DNA of 59,413 nucleotides from a virus (taxonomy: Duplodnaviria; Caudoviricetes), in IMG/VR virus record IMGVR_UViG_3300009034_000039, positions 1 to 59,413 of that record; one strand, written 5' to 3'. Shown one piece after another: positions 1 to 9,932 of the stretch. The translations under genes were made by a program, and so were the position numbers. The notes beneath the pieces were generated by a model that saw nothing but the letters and a program-made list of their open reading frames with translations, did no database searches and was not told the origin of the DNA. Each line of letters begins with the position of its first letter. Position 1 is the stretch's first letter.

Positions 1-71
1 GGCGACTGGTAAGAAGACTAAGGTGTTTGATGTTGAGATGGCGACTGGTAAGAAGACTAAGGTGTTTGATG
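1..71. repeat. Terminal direct repeat (left copy), containing an internal 32-nt tandem duplication
   Basis: 1-71 is identical to 59343-59413; GGCGACTGGTAAGAAGACTAAGGTGTTTGATG occurs at 1-32 and 40-71 (39-nt period). Confidence 0.97.
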
Positions 72-409
72 CTAAAATCACCGAGAATCAAACAGTTATT
101 AGTAGCAAAATCGTTAATGTATTCGGCTTTACTTCATTTCTGGCTTGGATTAAAAATATTGATGCAGAAGATGATTTAATGTGGCGAGTTCAAAGTCGTA
201 TGACTGGAGATGATCCAGATGCAGCATGGGAGACTCTTATGTCTTGGACAAGAGTAGGTGAAGGAGTTACTGATTATTTTCCAGCTGATATTAATGAAGA
301 GGTTTTAGTTCGTCTTGCATGGGACGAAGTAAGACTTCAAATAGCTAAGTGGCCTAAAGAAGCTGGAGAAGCTCAAGCTGATGCCTGGATCAACAGAAAG
401 CGAGGATAA
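38..409 (+). CDS. Probable virion protein, paralog of 478-816
   Basis: Begins MATGKKTKVFD and ends AWINRKRG like the next gene; lies in the morphogenesis operon; ATG at 38 preferred over GTG at 23. Confidence 0.75.
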   Translation: MATGKKTKVFDAKITENQTVISSKIVNVFGFTSFLAWIKNIDAEDDLMWRVQSRMTGDDPDAAWETLMSWTRVGEGVTDYFPADINEEVLVRLAWDEVRLQIAKWPKEAGEAQADAWINRKRG

Positions 410-477
410 ATACTTGATAGTAATTAATAGTTTAAAAATAGAAAAAAGGAATAAATAAGTAAGTAGGAGGAGAGAAG

Positions 478-816
478 ATGGCGACTGGTAAGAAAACCAA
501 GGTGTTTGACGATAAGGCAACTACTGACGATTACGTTAACTCAATAATTGTCTCTGTCTTTGGGTTTGCTAGAGCATTAATATCAATTAAAGAAGTTAAT
601 ACTAACGCTATTAAGTACAAGATTTTAGCTACGGCGGATCAGTACGATGCTGACGCTCCATGGCACGAGATAGTTGTTGAGACTACTCTAGCTAAGAATG
701 GTTCGGCAGCTCATGGATGTGCTGAAGCTTATGACGCTATTAAGATACAGATAAAAGCTAGCGTAGGTGGAGCACAAGGTAAAGTTAATGCTTGGATTAA
801 CAGAAAGCGAAGGTAA
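478..816 (+). CDS. Probable virion protein, paralog of 38-409
   Basis: Strong AGGAGG SD; MATGKKTKVFD...AWINRKRR; position between capsid/fibre genes and the adaptor. Confidence 0.8.
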   Translation: MATGKKTKVFDDKATTDDYVNSIIVSVFGFARALISIKEVNTNAIKYKILATADQYDADAPWHEIVVETTLAKNGSAAHGCAEAYDAIKIQIKASVGGAQGKVNAWINRKRR

Positions 817-836
817 ACTCTAAGTAGGTAGTTAAC

Positions 837-1580
837 GTGTCTTATACGCCGCAATATACAAGCGAAGCTAAAATTGAAGGTTATCTACAGGTAACCATAA
901 ATGATAGTTCGGATCCTACTACTACAGAGTTATTAGACTGGATAGAAGAAATTGAGTCTGATGCGGACCAGAGAATGTTGGGAAGTTATACGCTAACAGA
1001 CTTAGCATTTGATGTACCGGCTACTAGTACTATACCTAGGAACTTCCAGAAGGCTGGCTGGTTAGAGTGGGTTAGATTGTATGGTTACGACTTTGCTGAA
1101 GGCTTAGTTGTTATTCCTCCTTATATACCGATTGTAAGTGTGTCTTCACTGTCTAGAAGGACTTCAGGCTTAACAGAAGCTGAAGCTTGGGAGGCTTTAA
1201 CTGAAGGGCCTGGTGCTAATAGCTCTTGGGTCCAGCTTAAGAAGAAGACTAGGTCTAAGCAGTACTACGGTATGGCTATATTCTTTTACGATAACATACC
1301 TATAGCGGGGATAGGTAGACTTAAGATGACGTATAACTATGGTTGGAACTTACCGACTGCAGTCATTAGAGAGTGGTGTACTCTTAAGGTAGTTATTAAG
1401 ACTTTAGAAGTTTTACTAGCTATACACGTACCGCTCGGCACACAGGACTATAGTGTGATGGACATAAGAGTTGCTGCAGCTGAACTAAAGCGTAAGTGGG
1501 CTACGGCTTTAGACAGGATAGCAGAAATAGAGGGGAAGCACTTCCCTACTGAACCCAAGAACATAGGGGTTTTGTTGTAA
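837..1580 (+). CDS. Head-tail adaptor (SPP1 gp15/HK97 gp6-like)
   Basis: N-terminal YTSxxxI helix, YNYGW-LP motif, and position before the head-closure and tail genes. Confidence 0.65.
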   Translation: MSYTPQYTSEAKIEGYLQVTINDSSDPTTTELLDWIEEIESDADQRMLGSYTLTDLAFDVPATSTIPRNFQKAGWLEWVRLYGYDFAEGLVVIPPYIPIVSVSSLSRRTSGLTEAEAWEALTEGPGANSSWVQLKKKTRSKQYYGMAIFFYDNIPIAGIGRLKMTYNYGWNLPTAVIREWCTLKVVIKTLEVLLAIHVPLGTQDYSVMDIRVAAAELKRKWATALDRIAEIEGKHFPTEPKNIGVLL

Positions 1581-1600
1581 GATGTTGGTGTTGAAGTATA

Positions 1601-1957
1601 ATGTCGTGGAGTCAGATCCAGAGTAAACAAGGCGAAGCTATTAACCATTATGTTCATAGTTTTGAAGATACTCGAGATAGTGATACTAATCTTAAATTAA
1701 GTAGTTGGGCGTCGCCAGTATCAATAAATGCTGTTGTAAGAAGCCAGCCTACTAGTGTAGTAGTTATACCTGCTGGAATTTTAGAGACAGAAGTAATATT
1801 AGTTCTATTTAATACAGCTTTAGCGAAGAGGGATAGATTTTCTTGGAATAGTAAGTATTGGGAAGCACTGCAAGTAGATGAAGTGTTCTTTAAAGGAGAA
1901 TTACAATACTATAAAGCTACGTGTACTAGAGTAATAGAATGGAGTCCACCCACGTGA
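1601..1957 (+). CDS. Head-closure protein (SPP1 gp16-like)
   Basis: 118 aa, beta-rich, DRFSWNSKYWE pattern, synteny. Confidence 0.6.
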   Translation: MSWSQIQSKQGEAINHYVHSFEDTRDSDTNLKLSSWASPVSINAVVRSQPTSVVVIPAGILETEVILVLFNTALAKRDRFSWNSKYWEALQVDEVFFKGELQYYKATCTRVIEWSPPT

Positions 1958-3063
1958 CAGCGGAAGACTTTACTACTTGGACGGAAGTAGATCCTAATAA
2001 CCATCTTAGTCAGACGAGCCTGAGAGCTACTTGGACTGATATGATAAGGAATGAAAAATGCTACCTATATAGAGAAGTTACTACTCTTACAGACTTCACT
2101 CACTTATTTGAATTCAGAGTAACAGCAATAGATGTTAATACAGACTTTGATAATAGGTCACTTTCGTATGTCTGGGCGGTATCTACAGCTCAACCAATAG
2201 AGTTCTGTTCTGGAACTCCTACTGCTATTGGAGTATACGTACTCGAGATTAACGTCTCAACTAATACATTTAGACTCTATCTTATTCATGGGGTGTGTGC
2301 TGTAGGTGATCCATCTAGTAGCTTAAATGTAGGTACTACTTATTATGTTACAGTCACGAAGAGTGGCGCTACTGTTACATGTACTATTTATTCTGATAGT
2401 AATCGAACTATTGTTATAGACACCTTAACTATGGATCTTACAGGAAGGCTTGAAGAAACAGGAAGCTTTAATTATGTCCAAACTGGACTTAGTGCACAGC
2501 AAACTTCAGATGGTAATGACCAGAGTGACGGCTATGTGGAGAATCTCCATCTAAACATAGCTAGTTGGGAAAGCAGTGTAAAAACTACAGATCCAGAAGA
2601 GACTATTACTGACTTATTAAATGATAATATTAATGAGGGTACTTATGACATTACAGAAGACGATGGGAGTACTCTTGCTACCTTTGCGGCTCAAGGAATA
2701 ATCTCTACAGAAACTGTAAAGGAATCGCTTCTTGATACTGATGTGATAGCAGTAGTATCTCATGGGGAAGCTATGAAAGAGCAGATAGGACTGCAGGTTT
2801 ATGAGGAAAGGATACCTATTAATATAGATATCTATGTTCTAGATAAATACTCATCAGGTAGTAGGGTAATTACTGGAACTAAACTTAGGTGGAAGACTAA
2901 AGACGAGATAATAAAGCTCTTAAAAGCAAGTACTATTACTATAGGTGGGAGCATACTGAGGTTACATCTGATAGAAGATGAGGATGATGATATAACTACT
3001 CAACGTCCTTATCTATACCATTCAATTATAAAGGCTGAGGTAATAATAGTGAGGTTTGGCTAA
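1939..3063 (+). CDS. Lectin/ConA-like beta domain fused to a tail-terminator-like domain
   Basis: N-terminal EDFTTWTEVDPN domain recurs in 5941 and 45559; C-terminal ~160 aa is a paralog of 3063-3539 (RWKTKD, TTxRPYLYHSII); start may be GTG at 1954. Confidence 0.7.
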   Translation: MESTHVTAEDFTTWTEVDPNNHLSQTSLRATWTDMIRNEKCYLYREVTTLTDFTHLFEFRVTAIDVNTDFDNRSLSYVWAVSTAQPIEFCSGTPTAIGVYVLEINVSTNTFRLYLIHGVCAVGDPSSSLNVGTTYYVTVTKSGATVTCTIYSDSNRTIVIDTLTMDLTGRLEETGSFNYVQTGLSAQQTSDGNDQSDGYVENLHLNIASWESSVKTTDPEETITDLLNDNINEGTYDITEDDGSTLATFAAQGIISTETVKESLLDTDVIAVVSHGEAMKEQIGLQVYEERIPINIDIYVLDKYSSGSRVITGTKLRWKTKDEIIKLLKASTITIGGSILRLHLIEDEDDDITTQRPYLYHSIIKAEVIIVRFG

Positions 3064-3539
3064 TGGTAGAAGACCCAAAAGATAGTCTATATGATCTCCT
3101 TAATAGTAACCTTAATACTGCAGGCTATAACATCTATAAAGATGATAACTTAACTAAAGTAACTCTTGTAGTGGAGTATGATTTACCTATAGAAACAATA
3201 GTGGAGCTGCTAGCAAGTACAGATGTAGTAATAACAGTTAAGCAGGAGCCTTCTCCAAAGGAGAGGCTTAGTAAAGGTACATTAATGGATAGTATAGGTA
3301 TAGCCATAGAAATATGGGTTATAGATAAGTATACAACAGGAACAAGGGTAGTCTCAGCAAATAAGATAAGGTGGAAGACTAAAGATGCTATACAGAAACT
3401 ATTAACAGATAATGTTAATACTCCTGGAGGAGATATAGAAATATTACGCTTAATAAGGGATAGTGATGACGATATGACTACTACAAGACCTTACCTCTAT
3501 CATTCAATCATAAGTATAAATACAATAATATATAGATAA
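3063..3539 (+). CDS. Putative tail terminator / tail completion protein
   Basis: Size, position immediately before the tail tube gene, paralogy with the preceding gene. Confidence 0.55.
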   Translation: MVEDPKDSLYDLLNSNLNTAGYNIYKDDNLTKVTLVVEYDLPIETIVELLASTDVVITVKQEPSPKERLSKGTLMDSIGIAIEIWVIDKYTTGTRVVSANKIRWKTKDAIQKLLTDNVNTPGGDIEILRLIRDSDDDMTTTRPYLYHSIISINTIIYR

Positions 3540-3556
3540 AGGAGGAATAAGAAAAA

Positions 3557-4420
3557 ATGTCGGAAGTAATTGCTCCGGAGCATGTCTTACTACAATATGA
3601 TGTAGAGACAGCTTACGGCACTACACCTACTAATCCTACTATGAATTGGATAGGAATAGTACAGGATGTCACTCCAGGACTAGACATGAGTAAACTAAAG
3701 GCAGGAGGAATAGGTTCAGCAGATATAGCATATATCAGAAACGGTCTAAGGAAGCCAGAAATGACTATTAAATACATACCACAAAACATTACATTTATGG
3801 ACTATGCAAGATCTATACCGATAGGACTTACTCTTGAGTACTTAGCAGAATATGGAGCTACACCTTCATACGTTAGTCTAGTACATAAAGGTATGCTTAT
3901 AGACAGTATGGAAGTAGTATTGCCTAAAGAAGATTGGGATGTAGTAACGCTTAGACTTATAGGACAAAATGTAACTTATGGCACTGCAGCTATAACTGGT
4001 GAGACAGCAGCTTCAGATCCAGCAACAGCACCTTACTCTTGGTTTGATGCCGAGATAGAGATGGATGTGAATGGTGGACTTTCAGAGATATTAGTGTTCG
4101 GTACTAGTAAGTTCTACATAAGAAATCATTTAAGACCAATCCCGGTAATAAGAGCTACTAATCCTACGCTACTTAAGTATCTACAACGATCTCAGCGGGA
4201 GTTAGGAGGAGAAATACAAGCATACTTTGAAGACAAGACTCACTTAGATGAAGTGCTAGCAAGTACAGATTTTGCTATACGATTTACCCTTACAGGTTCA
4301 ACACCGTTCTATGATTTTACAGGTTGTTATTGGGATAGACATACTCTAACTACTAGAATAAAAGAAATACCGTGTTATGTTAATCTAGCATTTACAGCTA
4401 CAGGCGTTGATATAACTTAA
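3557..4420 (+). CDS. Tail tube (major tail) protein
   Basis: ETAYGTTP N-terminal motif typical of tube proteins; strong SD; followed by the chaperone pair and tape measure. Confidence 0.75.
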   Translation: MSEVIAPEHVLLQYDVETAYGTTPTNPTMNWIGIVQDVTPGLDMSKLKAGGIGSADIAYIRNGLRKPEMTIKYIPQNITFMDYARSIPIGLTLEYLAEYGATPSYVSLVHKGMLIDSMEVVLPKEDWDVVTLRLIGQNVTYGTAAITGETAASDPATAPYSWFDAEIEMDVNGGLSEILVFGTSKFYIRNHLRPIPVIRATNPTLLKYLQRSQRELGGEIQAYFEDKTHLDEVLASTDFAIRFTLTGSTPFYDFTGCYWDRHTLTTRIKEIPCYVNLAFTATGVDIT

Positions 4421-4448
4421 ACTTAACAACTTAAAGGAGATGATGTAG

Positions 4449-4769
4449 ATGGAGATAGTGGATATAATTGGAGAAGAGTACGGGAAGAAATATAAAGGTA
4501 AGTACGTCTATAGGAGTATCTCTTGGGGAAAGCAGAACAGCATAACAGAACAGTGTACTAAGTACATGCCGGGTGGCAAGACTAGAGTAGATATGAAGTT
4601 ACTCCAAGCGAAACTAGTAATGGCTACTCTTAGAGAATCACCGAAAGTAATTAGACTTAGTCACCTTATAGACGAGAGTGATAATGGCTTACCAGTTGCT
4701 TTAGGAAGTAAGATAATCCAACTAGTAGACAAGGTAAATAGTGTTCAATCAGAAGAAGAAAAAAACTAA
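4449..4769 (+). CDS. Tail assembly chaperone (gpG-like)
   Basis: Ends EEEKN with slippery A AAA AAC immediately before the stop; follows the tail tube gene. Confidence 0.8.
   Translation: MEIVDIIGEEYGKKYKGKYVYRSISWGKQNSITEQCTKYMPGGKTRVDMKLLQAKLVMATLRESPKVIRLSHLIDESDNGLPVALGSKIIQLVDKVNSVQSEEEKN
4760..4766 (+). promoter_or_regulatory. -1 programmed ribosomal frameshift heptamer A AAA AAC
   Basis: The -1 frame reads AAA CTA AAG AGA GCT ATG without a stop into ORF 4778-5020. Confidence 0.8.
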
Positions 4770-4777
4770 AGAGAGCT

Positions 4778-5020
4778 ATGATGTTCGGGACACCGCACCC
4801 GGATTTAGCACTTTATAGGTTGGTAAAGGGAGGAGAAGGTGGACTAGGGTTGAGGATAGAAGACTTGTATGATAGACCAGTAGAGATCAGTTTCTTAGGG
4901 TTGACTATCAAAGGAGTTTTAAAAGCTTATCCAAAGCGATTAATAGATAAACTGATAATGGTTCAGCGGATAGTGGACGATAAGATCTTAGAAGAAATGG
5001 GGAAACCTAAACATGCCTAA
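4778..5020 (+). CDS. Tail chaperone frameshift extension (gpT-like)
   Basis: In the -1 frame of the upstream slippery site. Confidence 0.75.
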   Translation: MMFGTPHPDLALYRLVKGGEGGLGLRIEDLYDRPVEISFLGLTIKGVLKAYPKRLIDKLIMVQRIVDDKILEEMGKPKHA

Positions 5021-5402
5021 AGATACTTTTGAAGTTACAGTGACAGTTGAGAATATGCCTGAGTTTATGAAGGCTTTAAGAGAATTTAATCCAAACCTAA
5101 AGAGTGATATGTTCCCGACTATACAGAAGGTAGCTTCTAAGTTAGAAAGAGCTTATAAAGCTGCAGCACCGGTTAAAACTGGAAGACTTCAACGCATGAC
5201 TTACTGTATCGCTATTTTTAATCCATTAGGTCTTGAGATGGGAAGTTTAGCAGAGTACGCATTCTGGACTGAGACTCCTCATGGTACATGGCCGGGTGGG
5301 TGGTTTGCTAATGCTTATAACCGTAATATATGGCGAATAATAGAAGGTTTTCAACGGGCATTAAAAAGAGCAATAAAGAAATATCAAGATAGAGTGAGGT
5401 GA
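5013..5402 (+). CDS. HK97 gp10-like tail completion protein
   Basis: APVKTGRLQR and EYAFWTE motifs. Confidence 0.7.
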   Translation: MPKDTFEVTVTVENMPEFMKALREFNPNLKSDMFPTIQKVASKLERAYKAAAPVKTGRLQRMTYCIAIFNPLGLEMGSLAEYAFWTETPHGTWPGGWFANAYNRNIWRIIEGFQRALKRAIKKYQDRVR

Positions 5403-5938
5403 GTACTATGGCAATGGCAGGTTTAGGAGGAGTTGGAGGAGGAGCACCAGTTCTATATATGGCTATAAGGGCTAGAGACGAGACTAAAGATACTTTCGAT
5501 AGAGTAGGTAAGAAAGCCTCTAAATTAGGTGCTCAAATGATGACTACTGCAAGGCGTGTAGGAGCATTAGCGATGCGCTTCGCTACTTTAGGAAGAGTTA
5601 CAGGGTTACTTTCAGATGAGCAGGCACGATTTATAGGAATAGTAGGTACGGTAATTAGTGTAACAACTATGATGGCTGAAGTAGTAAAAATGGCTACAGC
5701 AGTAGATTGGGCACATGTAACAGCTCTTATATGGAAACATTCTTTACTAACACTAGGAATTGGAGTAGCGATAGCAGCGGCAGCTGCTCTAGCAATATTG
5801 GCTACGGCTACTCAATCAGCAGCAACAGCTCAGAGTAACTATAATAGAGAATTAGAAGCGGGAGCAATGGCACAAGACAGATATGCTTCTAGACAAAGCG
5901 GTATGGTTAGAAGAGGAGAGTTCGAGGAAGTACTCTAG
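5399..5938 (+). CDS. Short tape measure protein
   Basis: IRARDET N-terminal motif, Ala/Gly-rich helical and hydrophobic segments, position between chaperones and hub. Confidence 0.6.
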   Translation: MSTMAMAGLGGVGGGAPVLYMAIRARDETKDTFDRVGKKASKLGAQMMTTARRVGALAMRFATLGRVTGLLSDEQARFIGIVGTVISVTTMMAEVVKMATAVDWAHVTALIWKHSLLTLGIGVAIAAAAALAILATATQSAATAQSNYNRELEAGAMAQDRYASRQSGMVRRGEFEEVL

Positions 5939-5940
5939 GC

Positions 5941-8433
5941 ATGACAGGGTTACTAGGACTACCAAATCTTACAGGTACAATCTTTGGTACAGTAGCTCCA
6001 GCAGCTGCAGATATCTGGGATCTACATGTACACTTAGGAGTGACTAAAGAAGTATCTAGTTTTAGTATAGTGCTAGATAACACTAATGACAAATACGGAG
6101 TCGGAGCTAAAGAAGACTATACTGCTTATGTTGAATATGATCTAGATTCAAAGTATACCGTCACTGCACATCAGATAACAGTAGAAGATTTAACTAGAAA
6201 CGAAGTAGCTTTTATCTATAGAGACTTTGGAGTTAACTACTTTAGTGGAGATTTTGAATTTGATGTAGAAGGACAAGTAAAGGCTACAAGTAATGGTCTA
6301 GCTACTGGTTACTGCTGGGCTTTAACGAACCTTCTACAGAGTTTAAATGTTATTGATGGTGTCTCAGGAGACTTTCTAGCAGTAAGCTTTCAAGAAGAGG
6401 ACGGTGATGTAGAGTGGAGAATATACTTAACTGAGTGTGATGGAGGAACTCTATATGAAGATTACTATATCTGTTCAGCTGATACTACTTACTATTTAAC
6501 TATAAAGCGAGACGAGTCTGTAGGAACATACGGAACACTTTACTGCTATATCTACTCTGATTCGGCTAGAACTACACTAGTCGATACTCTAACTTTAACA
6601 CTGCACACTAGTAAGAAAGACTTTAGATATCTACATGCTGCCCAATCCTATGGTGGTGGCATACATAATGTCTTTGATGGAGTATATGCTAATCTAGGCC
6701 TTATTAGACCTATAAGCCTCTTTGATGCAGCTAGAATAGATCTAGGTAGAGGAACTAGTCATCCACAGATATTTACTGGTAAAGTAGAAAAAATAGAATA
6801 TATAGACAGAGCTGAAGAATATGAGTATTCTAGTATAGTAAAAATAAGTGGTAGATGTAACGGCTGGCAACTATTTGCTAAGAAGTACTCAGGAGATTTA
6901 ATAGCAGACGCGGGATCAGGACTAGCAGGAACAATAGTAGCATACTTAATAGATAACTATACATCTCTCAGCCATGATCGTAGTGGAGAACTAATAGAAG
7001 ATAGTAGCACTACTTATATCAAACTAGTATATGATGAGCCTACAACTATATGGGAGATACTACGCTTTATCTGTGAGACAGCAGACGATAGCGGGGTTAT
7101 AGGCTACGAGATGAGAATTGAATATGATGGGAAGTTTAGATTCTTTGCTAAGAATAGTATAAGTGAAAGTTACGATCTAGATGCAGAAGTACAGTTAGAG
7201 AACTATACTAAACTTATAGAGAAGGTGAAGAATAAGATAACTATTAAGGGTAGAGCAGATAAACCTTTCCCGTTAGCTAGTGATGGTACGCCAGGATATG
7301 ATGGCTGGACAGATTTAGCAGTACCTCAAGTCAAGACTACGGTAAATAAAGATAGCGCTGCAGCTCAACCCGTACTGTGGGTAGCTGATAAAGACGTCTT
7401 TACTCTAGAAAAGGAAATACTAATTGGTTGGACAACTGTGAGAGAAGAAGCAGTTGAGATAGTAGGTAAAGGCGCAAGTAATGGGGATGAGTATCTACAA
7501 GTAACGCCAGACTTAACTTATGAGCATACAGCAGTCCAAGCAGATTTAGTAGTACAAGAACAGACATGGTTTATAGCTAGGGGTGGCGGATCAATAGCAG
7601 CTGAATCTACAATTAAGCGGGTAGGATCTAGATCAGTTAAGACTATACCAGGATTTGCAACTTCAGAGATAGCATTCTGGACTGGAACTGATAATAAAGT
7701 GGATACAACACTCTATCCAGAATTTAAAGTATTAATAAGAGTTACAGGAGCTTCTGCAGAAGTAGGTCTTAGATTATACGATTCTACAGGCAAGGATGCA
7801 TTCCGAGCACTTGGAACTATAGATGATGATGGCTACTTCCACGACTTTACAGTACGATGTGATGAAGACTATGGAGAAGAATGGGATATAGATTCAGGTT
7901 TTGACTGGTCAGATATCTGGGTAATTGGAATAACAGACGAGTTAGGAACAGCTACTATGTATATTGACTATATGTACTTTACAGGTAAAAGATGGGGAGG
8001 AGGAACTGATAACTCTACAGTAGATGGCTTTGCTGAGGATACTACAAGCCAAACAAGTTATGGTATTAGAGAGTACTTTGAAATAAATGAGAACTTCTTA
8101 TCTGAAGCTGAATGCGAAGCTAGAGCCCAAGCCTTACTAGCATTATATTTAGATCCAGAAGTAATAATAAGAATGCATTCTGATAGCATAGACTGGTCTA
8201 CTACAGCTCCTTTAGCGGGGAATAAGACAGGAGTAGATATGACTCCTATAAATGTAGATGCAGATTATAGGATAGACGAGATGGACATTCATGTAAATAT
8301 GAAGGATAAGACACTCGGTGTAGACTATGTATTATCTGCTACGCCTTCTAGACTAGCTGATTATCTATATAGGCAGCAAAGGAAGATTAAAGAACTATCA
8401 CTTACTAGATCTTCTAAGAGAAGAAAGCGATAG
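5941..8433 (+). CDS. Tail tip / baseplate hub protein with inserted lectin-like domains
   Basis: IFTGKVEKI, GKFRFF, NKITIKG and SQTSYGIRE hub-like motifs; inserted EDYTAYVEYD domain. Confidence 0.7.
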   Translation: MTGLLGLPNLTGTIFGTVAPAAADIWDLHVHLGVTKEVSSFSIVLDNTNDKYGVGAKEDYTAYVEYDLDSKYTVTAHQITVEDLTRNEVAFIYRDFGVNYFSGDFEFDVEGQVKATSNGLATGYCWALTNLLQSLNVIDGVSGDFLAVSFQEEDGDVEWRIYLTECDGGTLYEDYYICSADTTYYLTIKRDESVGTYGTLYCYIYSDSARTTLVDTLTLTLHTSKKDFRYLHAAQSYGGGIHNVFDGVYANLGLIRPISLFDAARIDLGRGTSHPQIFTGKVEKIEYIDRAEEYEYSSIVKISGRCNGWQLFAKKYSGDLIADAGSGLAGTIVAYLIDNYTSLSHDRSGELIEDSSTTYIKLVYDEPTTIWEILRFICETADDSGVIGYEMRIEYDGKFRFFAKNSISESYDLDAEVQLENYTKLIEKVKNKITIKGRADKPFPLASDGTPGYDGWTDLAVPQVKTTVNKDSAAAQPVLWVADKDVFTLEKEILIGWTTVREEAVEIVGKGASNGDEYLQVTPDLTYEHTAVQADLVVQEQTWFIARGGGSIAAESTIKRVGSRSVKTIPGFATSEIAFWTGTDNKVDTTLYPEFKVLIRVTGASAEVGLRLYDSTGKDAFRALGTIDDDGYFHDFTVRCDEDYGEEWDIDSGFDWSDIWVIGITDELGTATMYIDYMYFTGKRWGGGTDNSTVDGFAEDTTSQTSYGIREYFEINENFLSEAECEARAQALLALYLDPEVIIRMHSDSIDWSTTAPLAGNKTGVDMTPINVDADYRIDEMDIHVNMKDKTLGVDYVLSATPSRLADYLYRQQRKIKELSLTRSSKRRKR

Positions 8434-8434
8434 T

Positions 8435-8445
8435 AAACTTTATAA
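8435..8445 (+). promoter_or_regulatory. Archaeal BRE/TATA promoter
   Basis: AAACTTTATAA about 28 nt before the next start codon. Confidence 0.6.
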
Positions 8446-8472
8446 GCTTTGGAACTTCTTAAAGCCTAATAG

Positions 8473-8784
8473 GTGAATGAAATGGATCCTATAATGGAAT
8501 TAGGAACTACACTTGTTGAAGCAGTAGCTGAGAATCCCTTTGCTGTAGCTTTTCTAGCGTCTATAGCTCGTAACGTAACTGGTTATCTTTGGAAGAAAAC
8601 TAAATACAAAGTTAAATATGATAAGCGTGAATTTCTGGCGACTTTAGTGAAATTTGAAGTAGCTGTTCCAGCTTTTACAGTCTTAGCTGGCCTCGTTCTC
8701 GCACCATCACAAGCGACTATTGTAGCCTCAGCAAGTGTTGTTTTAGCAGACGTCGTAGCTTCTTGGAGAGCTAAACTCCAATAA
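8473..8784 (+). CDS. Small membrane protein (holin-like)
   Basis: Two to three hydrophobic segments, located after the tail module, followed by a T-tract. Confidence 0.5.
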   Translation: MNEMDPIMELGTTLVEAVAENPFAVAFLASIARNVTGYLWKKTKYKVKYDKREFLATLVKFEVAVPAFTVLAGLVLAPSQATIVASASVVLADVVASWRAKLQ

Positions 8785-9104
8785 GCTTCATACCTTTTTT
8801 TAGTTAGAAGAGATACATTTATATTCTAGGATGCTAGCTTATTAATTGAGTAAAAATGCGAAGACTAGTATGGAAACGGACGAAGGAACCATTCCGAGTA
8901 AGTGAAGCAATCTCAACGAGTAAGAATAGAATCAAGAAACAAAAGATTACAAGGTGGAGCGGTGGAGTTAAAATCGAGGAGGTAGAATAGAAATGAAAAC
9001 TAAACAAACTATAATATTAGGAATTTTACTAGGACTCTTAGCTATATCAACACAAATACAACCAATATACAATTTAGTAGAAGCGATACTTTAAGGGGTT
9101 TAAC

Positions 9105-9326
9105 TTGGTCAAGGACACGGGTAAGCGAGGAGCACAAGCTAGATCTAAATTCTACAAGAAAGTTAAAAACATCAGCGAAGAACAAGCTATAGAGAATTTT
9201 AAAGAAAAGCAGAGAAGACTAGCAGAAAAGATGGGATGGAATGATACATGGCTTAAAGACGCTAAGAATAGAAGGAATATTAAGAACCATAAATCTAGGG
9301 TGAAGCATTCTGGACATGGTAAATGA
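9105..9326 (+). CDS. Basic hypothetical protein
   Basis: ORF with TTG start and G-rich SD. Confidence 0.5.
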   Translation: MVKDTGKRGAQARSKFYKKVKNISEEQAIENFKEKQRRLAEKMGWNDTWLKDAKNRRNIKNHKSRVKHSGHGK

Positions 9327-9777
9327 TCCTTTAGTAAGATGCGCAAAGAAATTAAATCAGAGACTATCTGAAGAACTTAAAGTAGTTCTTTTGAGTGAGA
9401 TTGATGTAGAAGATAGTGCTTCTCATTTTGCTGTTTGTACTGATAAACGTTGTTGGGGTATTTCGAATCTAGATACTCAAGTAAGCTATCTTGTTTTTGA
9501 TAGAACAGTAAAGAGATGTCATACACTTAAATTAAACCTTATAAAAGCCCTGACAGAAGTCTCTTTACATGAATTAATTCATCAAATTATGAGATATGAT
9601 TACTCAAGATTTATTAATAATGAACCTAAGGTATATGCTTTAACTTACATTTTATTAGCTTACTTTCATTTAGATCATGTAAAGAAACGTATAATAGATA
9701 TATTCAAAAAACTCGATTCTAAGTACGATGTAGGATTATTCTTTAATGAATTAGCGGAGTCTATTATAGATGTGTGA
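9316..9777 (+). CDS. HExxH (zincin-like) protein
   Basis: SLHELIHQ motif. Confidence 0.55.
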   Translation: MVNDPLVRCAKKLNQRLSEELKVVLLSEIDVEDSASHFAVCTDKRCWGISNLDTQVSYLVFDRTVKRCHTLKLNLIKALTEVSLHELIHQIMRYDYSRFINNEPKVYALTYILLAYFHLDHVKKRIIDIFKKLDSKYDVGLFFNELAESIIDV

Positions 9778-9932
9778 TGTTGAGAAATTAGATATGGGAT
9801 TAACATGTTCAAGTCTAGATGAAGACGTTGGTATAGGTTATAAAAAAGATACTGTTTGGGTATGTAAAGCTTGCTTTAATAAGATAGCTGAACAACCATG
9901 GCCTTGGGATATTATAGAGGAGAAAGTTTAGT

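Noticed and set aside
1-71. Terminal repeat as a biological DTR
   Set aside because: It overlaps a gene start within an operon and coincides with a local tandem duplication, so an assembly overlap of a circular or permuted genome is more likely
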